Assembly (NCBI GenBank): GCA_002269645.1
Contig: NIVC01000157.1
Location: forward strand, 372,001-436,000
Origin: Macrostomum lignano
Taxonomy: Eukaryota
Direction of reading: 5' to 3'
Length of the DNA: 64,000 nucleotides
Below are positions 1 through 18,429 of the stretch, piece after piece (positions within the stretch are counted from its first letter, which is position 1; every line of letters starts with the position of its first letter). The notes beneath the pieces are model-generated. The model worked only from the letters and a program-made list of their open reading frames with translations. It did not search any database and had not been told where the DNA came from. The position numbers were made by a program, and so were the translations under genes.

Positions 1-480
1 GAAAGAATGAAGAGTAACTGCAATTAATTATCTGTTTGTATAGCGTTTGTAAAATCCAATTATTGCAGGGAAAGAATGAAGAGTAACAGCAATTAATTAT
101 CTGTTTGTATTGCGTTTGTAAAATCCAATTATTGCAGGGAAAGAATGAAGAGTAACTGCAATTAATTATCTGTTTGTATTGCGTTTGTAAAATCCAATTA
201 TTGCAGGGAAAGAATGAAGAGTAACTGCAATTAATTATCTGTTTGTATAGCGTTTGTAAAATCCAATTATTGCAGGGAAAGAATGAAGAGTAACTGCAAT
301 TAATTATCTGTTTGTATTGCGTTTGTAAAATCCAATTATTGCAGGGAAAGAATGAAGAGTAACTGCAATTAATTATCTGTTTGTATAGCGTTTGTAAAAT
401 CCAATTATTGCAGGGAAAGAATGAAGAGTAACTGCAATTAATTATCTGTTTGTATAGCGTTTGTAAAATCCAATTATTGC
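1..480. repeat. 69-bp tandem repeat, ~7 copies (array runs off the window start)
   Basis: Unit gaaagaatgaagagtaactgcaattaattatctgtttgtatagcgtttgtaaaatccaattattgcagg recurs at 1, 70, 139 and so on. Confidence 0.95.
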
Positions 481-736
481 ATAATCAAACGTCACATTGT
501 GTAGAGTAAGAGAGCCTCGTATAGCTATTTAAATTTTATGCCTAGCTATTGAAATTTATACTCGTATTTTTAAATAAAACATGATTATTTTGGAATAAAA
601 TATTTTTTCAAACTAATAACTAATAACTAATAACCAACTAATTGGCTTGTGCTTTTTAAGTAGTTAAATTTTGAGTCCCAAAATCAATAGGAATAGCCTC
701 GCTAGCCTCGCTAGTTTGGTAGCCGCATTTGGCGAA

Positions 737-6779
<6,043 letters not shown>

Positions 6780-7208
6780 CTTCAATTTCTGTTGAAACAA
6801 TTAGAATCTAAAAATTTTTAGTTCAAAAAATTGCCGCTAAAAATCCTAAAAAAACTTTTTTTTAGTTGGCTTACCTGATCAATGGACAGAATTTGTACCG
6901 ATTAAAAACGTAGAGTAGGAATATCTGCTAATTTTTTGCAAGCCTAAATCTTATACACTAAAAATCTTAAGCCTAAAGGTCTTTCTTATCGAATGGACTA
7001 ATGGACTTATACCCAGATAGACTGGACGATCTTCATTTGGCAGAGAAAGCAAATGTCAATTCCAGTACACGATCGGTGCTCTGACAAACTTTAGTTAGCA
7101 CGAGTTGAACGAGTGACACGACAGTGCCCACCGTTATCGCAATCAGGCAGCCGAAGCAACTGACTATAGCTTACCCAGTCCTCACAGCACAGATACTGGT
7201 ACTGCCAG

Positions 7209-7387
7209 CAGGGACCACTCAAACACCGGGACGGGAAACTAGGAATTTTTTACGAGGCTGGTCTTTTATCAGCAGTAGAAAATAACCATAGACAACAAAG
7301 TAACACAGCATCTCTCTAATGCAAATAATTGCCAGCCAGCCTCGTAAAAAAATTTAGTTTCCCGTCCCGGTGTTTGAGTAGTCCCTG
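7209..7387. mobile_element. hAT-superfamily MITE, 179 bp
   Basis: ~50-bp TIRs (cagggaccactcaaacaccgggacgggaaacta... / ...tagtttcccgtcccggtgtttgagtagtccctg) and a perfect 8-bp TSD actgccag at 7201-7208 and 7388-7395. Confidence 0.9.
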
Positions 7388-8038
7388 ACTGCCAGTTCAC
7401 TTTGAGGCAAGAAGTGCAAGACAGTCAGTTATCGCAAATGTCAATCCTCGACTTGATTTAAAGTTCAAACTTATAGCTGGATAATTGTCTATGTCACGTG
7501 TGGTACGGCCGTTGTCTTGGAAAATACTTATTTTTGTGTTTGCACCAATGGCCAACGTCCATCTAGCTGATACGCGTGTGTTACTTTTGTTTAATGAGTA
7601 CATCAATATTTAAAAGTAATTGAGAAGTTAGGCTATATTTTCTGACTAATTTAATAAATGTGCGTACCTTACGAATACGACAAAAACTATGCCAATCAAA
7701 TAATTGCCAACGTGTTTTGATGCTCTTTTCCAGTCATGCAAAAATGAGTCTTCACAGTCACAGATCGTCTTTTTGGCCACTCATGTCCAATGCAACAAAA
7801 TTTACTAAATTTAAAAACACCGCACTCCCTCTGGAGTGAGACACCACAACTTTAAATTTGCGCACTCACCTCTCACTTACGTAAAAGAGGGGTGGGTGCT
7901 GAGCACACGCGTACATGACTCAAAACTGGGGGTTGGGCGCTACAAATGTACGGTACAAGATCGGTACAAAGCAAACAAAATATCATAAATATTTTTAATA
8001 AAAGTAAATAAATATGATGTGTATTTTATGTAGTACAT

Positions 8039-8069
8039 GGCTCGATTCCAAGTGCAGTCAGATTAATTT
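8039..8069 (+). mobile_element. Short fragment of the tRNA-derived SINE found at 43492-43851
   Basis: ggctcgattccaagtgcagtcagattaatttg matches the SINE B-box region (ggctcgattccaagtgcagtcacattaatttg) with one mismatch. Confidence 0.6.
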
Positions 8070-8211
8070 GTAAATAAGTAGATTTTTATTTATTTATTTA
8101 GTCAACTTGATAAACCTTCCAATTCCGAACTGCTTAAAAGTCAGGATTCCCGTCCGGAAAGCTAATTAAAAGAAACACTCATGTTAGTAACTTTTTGTGT
8201 ATAATTATGCT

Positions 8212-10701
8212 CTAATTTTTTTTTATGTCCGGAGTGACGAGGCGGAGACGGGGCAAGTGGCGATCGAGGCGAGGCAGGCCCAAGGCCAAAAGAGAAGAGT
8301 TAGGAGCGGCAAGAGGAGGGGGGCGGCTGACGATGTGGGCTGACGCTGCTTCCACCGCGCGCCGGCGAGCCTCGACATCAGATTGAATGTAGCGGAACAC
8401 GGAGTCGCTTCACCAGACACCCAAGGCCATCACTTCGTGCACAGACGCGCCTGAGCTGGCGAAGAAGGTCGCCCCGCCTCTGCGCAATGAATGCCCGGAG
8501 ATTGCCGTCGGGTCGAGGCCGGCCGCTGCCGCCGCTTTGAACAGCTGTCTTGAAAACTGCGGTCGACACACCGGGACCAGTCATTGGCTCGCCCGAAAAG
8601 CAAACAGGAGTGGGTGCATACGTGCGCAAATGCATACATACGCGTTTTCCGAGGATAGAATGGTCTCCCGAGTGGGACACGGCTGAGGAGTGAGTCGGGT
8701 CCGTTTCCGGCGATATTGTTGTGCTTGAGGTGGACGAGGACCGCGCAGAAGGGGCAAAGCGGATGAGGAGAACCGTTCGCAGCAGGCAGTCGTGGCAGCC
8801 AGACCAGGTGCTGCCGCTCAGCAAACTGGATTGTCTTGCTGCGCCGGACCCGCAGTTCGATGCCGTTGTCGCGCAGCTGCAGGTCGTTCAGCCGCACCGC
8901 TCCGGCTGACAACTGCGGGCTCCGAGCGGCTGACGCAGAGGGGAGGCACAGATTCTCCGCACGCAGCAATCCCCAGAACCCGACCAGCAGACAGCATCAG
9001 AAGGCCCCGCCGCGGCAGGATGTCGTGTCGATGTGTGACTTGAGCTGCTGCAGCATGGCGGGTGTTAAGCCGACTTTCTGTCTCGCATGGGCGCCCCGTT
9101 GCCGTTTGACGCCTTGGAGAGCGAGTCGCACTAGGGGGTGAGCAGTCGGGTCGGCCCTCTCAGCCAGCTTGTAGAGCCACGACACCGCGTGCAGGTAGGT
9201 GGAGAAGCTGGCAAATGCGGTCAGGTGCTTGAGGTGTAGGTGGGAGACGTAGAGTGACACCGTCGGTCCGTCGGCCTCTAGAGGGTGCACGCTGATCTCG
9301 CTGCAGAAGCGCTCCCAACACATCAGCTGGGACCGGAGGGCTCGTCTTGTATTCGGTGCCAGGGCTTGGTTGAGCAGCCGGTCTCGTTCCGTCCTCAGGG
9401 GCTCCGCTGCAGCTGCTGAACCTGTGAGAGGAGAGATTGATAGGAAGCAGCAGACAGGGCGTGCGATGCGATAACAGATGGGTCAATATAGATAGTTCCA
9501 TAGTAACGAAATAACAAATTAATTAGGCCATGCTTATGATTCAGGCGAGAAGCTGGGTCACTAAAAATTTGAAACCGGCCAGGGACATGAAACACCTGGA
9601 AGTGAATGCGGTGCTTCAGCGCGAGAAAATAGCCGTGCGCATCAGCGCCTGGACCACCGAGGGCTTGGCAGAGCCCTTGCGCAGCATCCCAGCCACAGAC
9701 GAGTTGTCGGTGTAAAAAACGATGTGGCAGTTAGCTAGGCGCTCCTTGAAAAGGATAATAAAAAGCAGAGGCATAACACACTCCAGGTAGTTGATGTGCA
9801 GTCCATGCAGTGCACCACTAAAGTCAGCCAACCAGTTGACATACATCCAGTCGGTCCTTGTTCCGTCAGAAATGACTGCTGCGCCACCTGATAGGCAGGC
9901 GTCCGTCTCAACCACCAGCCGGTTCGCGAAGGCCGGCCACAGTTCGATTCCATGCATCCAGTTCGTTGCTGATCGCCAGAAACGCAGCTGCTCACCAAGT
10001 TGACCTTCGATGCACATCTTGTGGTGAGGCAAGTCCAGGCTGTTGGTCAGGTTGATGAGGCCCCGAAGTAACGATCTACCAGCGCGGGCGACCTCGCAAA
10101 ACCAACCGATTTTTCCGCAGAGCTTCTGCAGTTGCTTTTTGCTGAGTCGCTTGCTGGCAGCTGCGGCGTCCAGCAGGCTCTGCAAAGATTCGAGTTTCTC
10201 CTGCGGGAGAGTCAGGCGGCCTTCAGCCGTATCAATGTGGATGCCGAGAAAAACCATAGACTTGCTGGGTGGAGATAGCTTCTCCCAATTGATGGAAAAA
10301 CCCAGGCGGCGCAGCAGACTCAGAAGAGTGCTATAGGCTTCCTGGCAGGCTTCCAGCGTGCTCGCGGCAACGGCAAAGTCATCGAGGTAGTTGCAGATGA
10401 CGTGGTACCCTCGCCGAACCATCATACGCTTGACGGCTTCCGACAACCGGTGGAAAATGTTGATGCTAGCGGCGGACCCGAAGCCGAGGCAGGTGTCAAC
10501 GAGGTACCTGGGCTCACTCTCGCCGCTGAAGGTCCACCGGAGTCCTGTGATGGAGTAGGCTGTAGAGCTGACGGGACAGGAGCGGTAGGCTTTGGCCAGA
10601 TCGATTTTAAAGGCAGCAGCGCCCTCTCGCGCTGAGCTGAGCAACATATAAAACGCTCGTAAAGCACATGCACACCGGGGGTTAGGGGTGCTAGTCAGCA
10701 C
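8212..10701 (-). mobile_element. Degenerate, 5'-truncated tyrosine-recombinase retrotransposon (DIRS order, Ngaro-like)
   Basis: RT at 9616..10701 (KIDLAKAYR, LGFGSAASINIF, NYLDDF). RNase H (ETDAC, YTDN, frameshifted FHVPGRFQIFSDPASRL). YR at ~8212-9400 (ALAPNTRR, GLLRAENL, VRRSKT, SGHSLRRGGAT, GVW*SDSVFRY). In-frame TGA stops at 8997 and ~8410. No gag, and no methyltransferase domain between RH and YR. Confidence 0.88.
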
Positions 10702-11398
10702 GTATGTACAGCGCGTAAAACCAGTACGAGTACAAGGCGATAAAAAAGGGGGGCAGCGAGGCAGGTCGCTCCGCCATTAAAACCGGGTAAAGCCCACTTG
10801 CTTTACCCGCCCATAAAACTACTCTTTGTCTACGTGTGTTAGTAGCATTCTTCTGTTTTTACGGTAGAAGTCCAACATTAGTAATATTTAAATAAGAATT
10901 CAACAAAGCAAAGTACATGTCAATTTGCAAAGACCAATTTTACTAAATTGGTACAAAAGTTTTATGGAAAAGTGGTGATTTTTTAAGAAAATCAGATTAG
11001 ATAAATTTAAAAGTTGGTGTATTTGTAGTTAAAAAATCGATAGGGTTTAAACTGCGTTTTAGTTAAAATAAAAAACTGGGAATGAGTTTTTTATTTTAAA
11101 TAAAAAGCAAAAATAATTTATTTTAAGCAAAAAATATCTGGGTAAAATTCAACACGGTTTTGTGACAATGTCACCAAGATTCTTATGTCGCCAAACAGCC
11201 CCCTACATCTTTTGTTTAATTTTTTGTTGACTTTTTATTCGGCGCTGTAGTTTGTTATAATTAAAAAATTATTAGAAGCAAAATAATATGAATATGGCAA
11301 TCATATAATATATTATTACTAATTATTTCAAGTTCTTTTATAGCTAATGTTTCGGTTATATCGTCAATTCTGTGAAGAAGTGTTAGCACACGGTACAT

Positions 11399-14300
11399 TT
11401 AAATTTTGTAATCAGTCTCTAAATAAGCAAACAGGCAGGGCAGGATTGGCACATTTCGGTCACTCGTCCTTCCATTGGCCAGAAAAGTACTCAATGAGTC
11501 ATCCATGGCGCTCATAAAAGGCGTGGCTGGAGGTGCGGCCAGTTTCCCGGTGAACTTGCTGACATACTGACCGTCTCTGTAGGTGGTGATGTCCTCATCA
11601 CGACTATCGAACCACTTGTAGAACAGCTTGGACGCGTCAAGGTCGAAGCCATAATTAGCCTGTTTGGCCAGCCCAACCGTGTAATCCGTCTGAAGATCGA
11701 CAGCTTCTTGGTGACTTTTCAGCGCTGCCTCTCTGAAAAATGAAAGTTAACCAATTAAAAGGCCGACACCTGAGCACATAGAAAGGGGTGGACGTGTTGT
11801 ACCCAGCCACGCACTCATACACTTGCTTCATGCTCACCGCTCCAGCCAAGGTTTCGTGTCGGCGTCCATCTCGGCAGAGCTTGGCAGCTGGATGCCGCCA
11901 GTCAGGTAGCGAACTGTCCACAGAGCCTGTGCATCGAACATTGGGAAGCTGTAGAATTGGTTCTGAGCTCCCACATACATCAGGCGGTTGTTGCCACCAG
12001 CAAGCCAAATGATGCCTTTGTACAGTCCGGCCGGGTACAGAAGGTTCGGACCTCGAAGTCGCAGTTGCTCGGCCAGGTACGGGTAGTGGTGCAGGTATCC
12101 GGTGGCCAGAATGATGCTTTCGATCTAAATTTAGGGGAACATGACAATTAGAAGGTCAGACCATTTTAAATTTTAGGAGCCGACACTTCATTGATCATTT
12201 GCTCGAGTTCAATTCTCTGACACAACTTTTAGGAGATTATTTTAAAAAGTGCATTATTTATTTTTGTTATTGTTAAGCAACAGAAGTACAATTATCAGTG
12301 TCTGAGCCAAACTTCCTACTGCAAAATAAGACAATACAAGACTTCCAAGAAGCATATTGACAACCTTTTCCACCGAGCCATCAGCGAATCGAGCCCAGCC
12401 TTCTGTGCCTCCGCCGTCGCTTGGACCGACCTCCGTCACCAGGGGTCGCTCGGACACGCTCTCCGGCCAGCGAAATCCTAGCGGGTTGGTGCGGTAGCTG
12501 CTGATCACCCTGGAGGCGCCGAACTTGACTGACTGCAGCACCGAGTCCTCGGCTGAGTAGCTGGAGCCGACAACCAGCACCCGCTTGCCGGTGAATTCTC
12601 GCCAGCTGCGCAGGTCGTGCGTGTGCACCACGCGTCCTGGGAAGCGCTCGATGCCTGGATTAGATGGTCAGTTATAGATAATTGAGAGGTTTTCTACAGA
12701 TTCTCCATTCTAATTAAGATAAAATGTACTTTAAACTAATTGAGCTGGGTTGTTTTGCGACTGTTTTTTCCTGCAGCCGTCGCAGGTACCCTAGCCTGTA
12801 GGTCATTGCGCCAACTGTAGCTGGAGCCCCGCAAAAAGCTGGAGCACAATGGAAGATATTCAGGCCGCACATTCATTCACACTACTAGACCCAGGTGAGT
12901 TAGCCCAATGCTTACTGCAGCAGAAAAAGTAAGTATTGCTTTCCGATTATTTTATTGCGTTGAGTTCCAACGCAGAGCTGCATATGGTGTAAGACTGTTT
13001 AGCTACTCACTGTGGCCGAGATCAGTAGCTAATAGACAAAGGCACTTCTTTCATTTCACGTAGTCGTTGGCCAGAGCAAGACAACGCGGGGCCATAAATT
13101 ATATTTTATTGTTGAACAAACAGCCCGCTATAGCTTCAAGTTGCAGCCTGAAGGTAGACAGCACAATAAAGCGTCTGAATAAAAAAATGAAATCATTCTT
13201 TGAGTGAGGGTTCGCTTACACAATCAAGTGAAGAGGCTGAGAGATTTAAAGCTGAGCTCTACGCTAAAATGACGCGTGGACGAGGCGCCAGTACCAGGGG
13301 CTTTAGCACCAGGGGCTTTAGCACCAGGGGCTTTAGCACCAGGGGCTTTAGCACCAGGGGCTTTAGCACCAGGGGCTTTAGCACCAGGGGCTTTAGCACC
13401 AGGGGCTTTAGCACCAGGGGCTTTAGCACCAGGGGCTTTAGCACCAGGGGCTTTAGCACCAGGGGCTTTAGCACCAGGGGCTTTAGCACCAGGGGCTTTA
13501 GCATCAGGGGTGCCAGCACCAGGGGCGCCAGCACCAGGGGCGCCAGCACCAGGGGCGCCAGCACCAGGGGCTTTAGCACCAGGGGCTTTAGCATCAGGGG
13601 TGCCAGCACCAGGGGCGCCAGCACCAGGGGCGCCAGCACCAGGGGCGCCAGCACCAGGGGCTTTAGCATCAGGGGTGCCAGCACCAGGGGCGCCAGCACC
13701 AGGGGCGCCAGCACCAGGGGCTTTAGCACCAGGGGCTTTAGCACCAGGGGCGCCAGCACCAGGGGCGCCAGCACCAGGGGCGCCAGCACAGGTTAACTCG
13801 GGGATAAAATATTGTATCTGTTGGATTTCGAAGCGCACTCCAGAGTCATCCTACCTTTGAAGTAGGGCACATTAGGGTTGGAGAAGTGCCCGCTGCAGTT
13901 GACAACGTAGTCAAACTCTTTTGGATCAAGTACACGGTTTTGCTCCAGGTCCTTCACCAGCACACTGAACTTCTCCTTGGCTGGGTCGAAAGTCACGCTT
14001 TGAACCGAGTGTAGCAGAGTCACCTTGGGCTTCAGGTTGTACTGGTTCCAGCGGCCTGAAATTTGACAAGAAATTTCAATTAATTTAGTGTGTAATAACG
14101 TTTAAAGGTGATCTTTTAATACGCTGATACTGAATGAGCTCCGATACTTTCTAGGGCTGTAGGGTAAATTTAAACAAAAAAGCTCTCAAACTTTAAGAGT
14201 AAAAATGTCTAAGTCACACCTGCCGCAGGAAAATAACAATTATCATTAGATGGTTTAAACAAGCGCGCCAATACTGTACGCAGGCACGAACTCATACACA

Positions 14301-14851
14301 CGCTCACACAGGGCGACCCAAAGCCAAACACGTCAGCGACTGAACTGCTTTGCCCCATTAACAAGTAGTAGAATACAAAATTGCAAAATTACAACCGGTT
14401 GAAAACCACTCAACTTCAACGTACCAGACAGATAGTCCCTAATCGCTTCTCTCGGCAGAAACGATGGTGTCTTACGACCGAAGTGCTGCTCAAAAGTATA
14501 GTCGGGATATTCAATAGTCTCCTTGGGGTTGTTGGACCACAGGCTGCGGTACATGCTGCCGTGAACGGTTTCACCATATTTCGTCAGTGCCTGCAAAGGT
14601 TGAAACCAAATTGGTATTGAACACTTGCGGTTGTATAGCACTGAAATAAAGTACATGTGGACCTACGCACCAGTTCTCCAGGTGTAGTTCCACAGACCGC
14701 TCCAGTCGTTCTGTTTCTCAAAGCAGGCCACCTGAGGCATTTTTGCAACAGCGCTGCCGCCTTGAAGCCGCAGCTTCTCCAGGTGGTAGAGCACCGACAT
14801 TCCCGAGGGTCCGGCCCCGATAACGCAAAGTGATCTTTTGGCTGCCTGCAT
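11399..14851 (-). CDS. Flavin-containing monooxygenase, bacterial mFMO/Tmm-like, paralog 2 (6 exons; apparent +1 frameshift in exon 2)
   Basis: complement(join(11399..11732,11838..12124,12365..12654,13855..14055,14425..14590,14671..14851)). Exons 3-5 have the same lengths as paralog 1 (201, 290, 287). Exon 2 is 166 nt versus 165 (extra T in the run at 14579-14581). Motifs: GAGPSG, WSNNPKE, GSSYSAED. Confidence 0.85.
13284..13789. repeat. 15-bp minisatellite (gcaccaggggcttta / gcaccaggggcgcca) in FMO-2 intron 3
   Basis: Direct reading; a homogeneous block is followed by a mixed higher-order block. Confidence 0.97.
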
Positions 14852-16347
14852 CTTCTCTTTGTCTTTTTCCGAAAATAACAAGCTTAAATGAAACCCGTGG
14901 CATTGTGTTTTATTTTTATACCGATGCTGCACCAAAAAAGTTGATAAAAAGTTAACGAGACAATCGAATAATTAATTTTTTTTCGATCAAGTCAAAAAAC
15001 GCATTGTTTATCTTTTACAAAAAACGGAAGCAGCTTTTATATATCAAATTAAAATTAAAAACAAAAAATACAGTTAAAATTATTCAAGCAAAACTTATTG
15101 GTCAAAAATTGATTCGATGGTAGCTAAATTTTGCAGATAAAACAGAATTTATATTAATGGTCTTTGGGTGTTTTTCTTAATACGACAAAATCTATGATAC
15201 AAGCGTATTAACAGTAAACGATAAGAATATATAAGTAAGTTTTCGCTGCATTAAGAACAAATATTTAAGTAGACTTATAACTGGAAAAGTAGAAAACGAT
15301 TCATTCCGTTGCATTAGAAAAATTGTGATATTTTATTTCAAAAAAATTATTTTAGAAAAAATTAATTTACCGCCATTTTTGCATGCGCAATTTAACGATC
15401 GTCGTCTTATTTTTACAATGTAAAATGCGCCGCCTACAGCGAACAATATACCAGCTGGTTCAAGCACAACGTGTGCACACAGATCAGACCACACTTAAGG
15501 GATTTTTACATCTGAAGTTGCTGATTTATACAAATACACGTTATTATAGCTACAGCTAAATTGAATAAATGGTACTGAATGAGTAAAGATCTAAAGGCCA
15601 AAGGTTTTTTTATACTCAATAGTTTTTGTGCGAGACGGGCTTAAACAAAAAAGCGTTAAAAGTAAATTTTGTCAATTTTTTGCAAATCTATTGCATAAAA
15701 CATTTGTTATTTTTTAGCTTCTACCATTCCTGCTAACCTATTTTTTACACTTACCAGGTCAGCTTGACCCTGTGTGCTATCTGTGCATCGGCTTAGTATT
15801 TTTCGCTTAATTAAAATACGAGTTTGCGCAGTAAAGTGCTAATTAACTTTGCTAAATAAATTAAAGCCAACGCCTAAACTTCTAGAAAAAGTGGATAAAA
15901 TAAATGCCTTTGGATTATACAAAGGGCCTATAGAATTTGATATTTAGACTTATTTAACATGAAAATAAAATCTAGCTTTAAAAAGTACGATCTATTGAAT
16001 TTAATTCTCACGAGACTTTTCTCTCATGAACTAACCTGAACTCAGTTCAGCAGACTGCTACTAGTGTGTTCAGTTCAGCTTAGGTTTAAAATGCCACGTG
16101 ACATTAAGACAATTTAAAAAAAAATCTTGTCTTTTTCAAATTTATTGCACTTAATTCTTACAATATAGTAGTCAAATTTCATGCAGAACCCTGCAGTTGC
16201 TCAAAATGGCACCTGCAATGAGCTGCGCAGTTTCTATCAGGATTAGTCTATATATATGCAGCTTGTGTAGGGCCGAACTAAGCAGCACTTATAAACAGTT
16301 TTAAAAAATTATTCAATTATAGCCTGTAGCCCTGTAATAGCCTCTCG

Positions 16348-17518
16348 ATGATTCCGGTGAGTTTTCCTGCAGCTTACACAACCATTTTTAATAGCTAAAA
16401 CTAGTTGCTTTGGCTAATTGAAAAGGACTCCACTTGAGCCTCAAACTGGCTTGTTTGTACATGTACATTCCGCAACATGTTCATGTGTGCACCCCGAATC
16501 TACAGTGACCAAGAAGTGGCAGCTTTAATCCAATTCATATAGTCGTAATCTAACTTTCATTCAGTACAGCTCTTATTGCACAAGAGTTGGTGAATCGAGT
16601 GCACAAATATACCTCATAAAAATATTCATTGCTTGTCTACTCGGCTCTGTGAAATTGCAGTTACATGCACTGGCAGCAGGCGTCCTGTGCGCTGCCCTGG
16701 CACTCTGCGCAAGTGCCAATGAAGACCTGATGCACCGGCGCTGCTCTGCCCAGTGGACTCTGGTGGCCACGCACCAGAACTGGAGCCCGAAACCAACTGA
16801 GAAATCGTTTCACTATCAAGTGGGCGCGCACAAGCTTCAAAACTCCCGGAACTTACTGAAGTCCATTCTAGTGACAGTCAAAGACGATGGGATGCAATTC
16901 CCATCTACAGCTGCCGGCATAGGTACTCCGAGTACTAAATATGGCACTTTTAAAGTTCCAGCCTATGCGACGGTCAATGTTTGGCAGCTGGTTGCTCGAA
17001 CAGGCAGCGAGGTTGCGAGCCTTGAGAAAACAATCGCTCTCAGAGATCAACGAAAGCCGTATTCAGTAGTATCTTGCCAAGTCACTTACCAGCTGCCGCA
17101 GCGCATCACTGGCAACACCTGGGTGCAGCTCAGGCACGACGGCACCGGAAAGTACTTGACAACCACCAACAGAAAGGGTTGGGACGCTGGGACGCTGAGC
17201 TCAAGCAAGAACAACAAGTTTAGGTTTGAGGAGATCAGATCGGGTGTCTACAGAATAGTTGCCTACTCAGTCCGTTTCTCTGGATACAATTACCTGTACT
17301 CCTCCTTTGCCGGGGGCATCTATTTGGATGATAGCGACACCTCAAACGGGAAGCAGCTCTGGACGCTGAGCACCAGCGACCTGAGAGCCGGAGACTCCAT
17401 CGCCATCGAGAATGTGTACTACCCCGGTGCCTACATGATCAGGTACGAAGGCTCAACTACCAATGTGTTCTGCGAGTACACGAGCCACCCAGACTATTGG
17501 ACTATTGAACTGGCCTGA
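16348..17518 (+). CDS. Secreted lysenin-like protein 1 (aerolysin-type N-domain plus C-terminal beta-trefoil), 288 aa
   Basis: join(16348..16356,16661..17518): ATG ATT CCG|gtgagt ... ttgcag|TTA gives the signal peptide MIPLHALAAGVLCAALALCASA. The C-terminal domain matches lysenin as recalled: RKGWDAGTL~RKSWPAATL, FSGYNYLYSSFAGGIYLD~YSGYEYAYSSDQGGIYFD, KQLW~KQRW, LRAGD~LRHGD, TNVFC~TNVYC. The N-domain has W-x7-N, VG and VPA...VWQL. Confidence 0.87.
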
Positions 17519-18067
17519 TCCAACATTTACTGAATTAACGAATTAACAATCGTACACAACACGGGCTGAAATCTAATATGGTTGATTTTCCTAGATTTTT
17601 ATTTAATAGAATCTTTAGGCTAAATAATTAGTAATATCTACAAAGACGTTCGAACCTTTTTCTGAAACTCTACCGGATTATTTTTGTTTCATCCAAATAG
17701 CATACGTTGCAGGTACAGAAATTATTTGCTTCACTCTCACTGTTCGAATAACCAAATAAATGAGCAATTTAAAACCGCTATGGATGTTTGGCGTAACCGA
17801 AACAAATCGCTGCATGTCTTGTCTTCCACTTTTCAGTAGAGAGAATGGGAAATGTCCGTCAGATCCTACGGCGCAGCTGCATCAGCGGTTTCGCTCTTAA
17901 ATGAGTCGCCATCTGAGAGTTTGACAGGCAATTTTGTTGCTGAGTTCGTTCGGCCTTCGTTAACTACTTTTCCCAGAAGTGCACCATGTGACACTGACTT
18001 CTCAAGACCCTGACGGAGTATTTTTGTTGTTGTTGTTGAAAGCAAGCTAAAACTCAGTCAACAAGGC

Positions 18068-18429
18068 TGTCAGGGCTGAGGGGTGTCGGGGCTGAGGGGT
18101 GTGGGGGCTGAGGCCGGTGTCAGGGCTGAGGTGTGTGGGGGCTGAGGTGTGTGGGGGCTGAGGGGTGTCAGGGCTGAGGTGTGTGGGGGCTGAGGGGTGT
18201 GGGGTTGAGGCCGGTGTCAGGGCTGAGGTGTGTGGGGGCTGAGGTGTGTGGGGGCTGAGGGGTGTCAGGGCTGAGGTGTGTGGGGGCTGAGGTGTGTGGG
18301 GGCTGAGGGGTGTCAGGGCTGAGGTGTGTGGGGGCTGAGGGGTGTCAGGGCTGAGGGTGTCAGGGCTGAGGTGTGTGGGGGCTGAGGGGTGTCAGGGCTG
18401 AGGGTGTCAGGGCTGAGGGGTGTCAGGGC
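18068..18429. repeat. G-rich minisatellite (gggctgagg/tgtgtg, 14-18 bp units)
   Basis: Direct reading. Confidence 0.92.

Noticed and set aside
1-480. Regularly spaced palindromic repeats resembling a CRISPR array
   Set aside because: There are no unique spacers and no cas genes, and the context is eukaryotic; the same applies to the 33-bp and 46-bp arrays.
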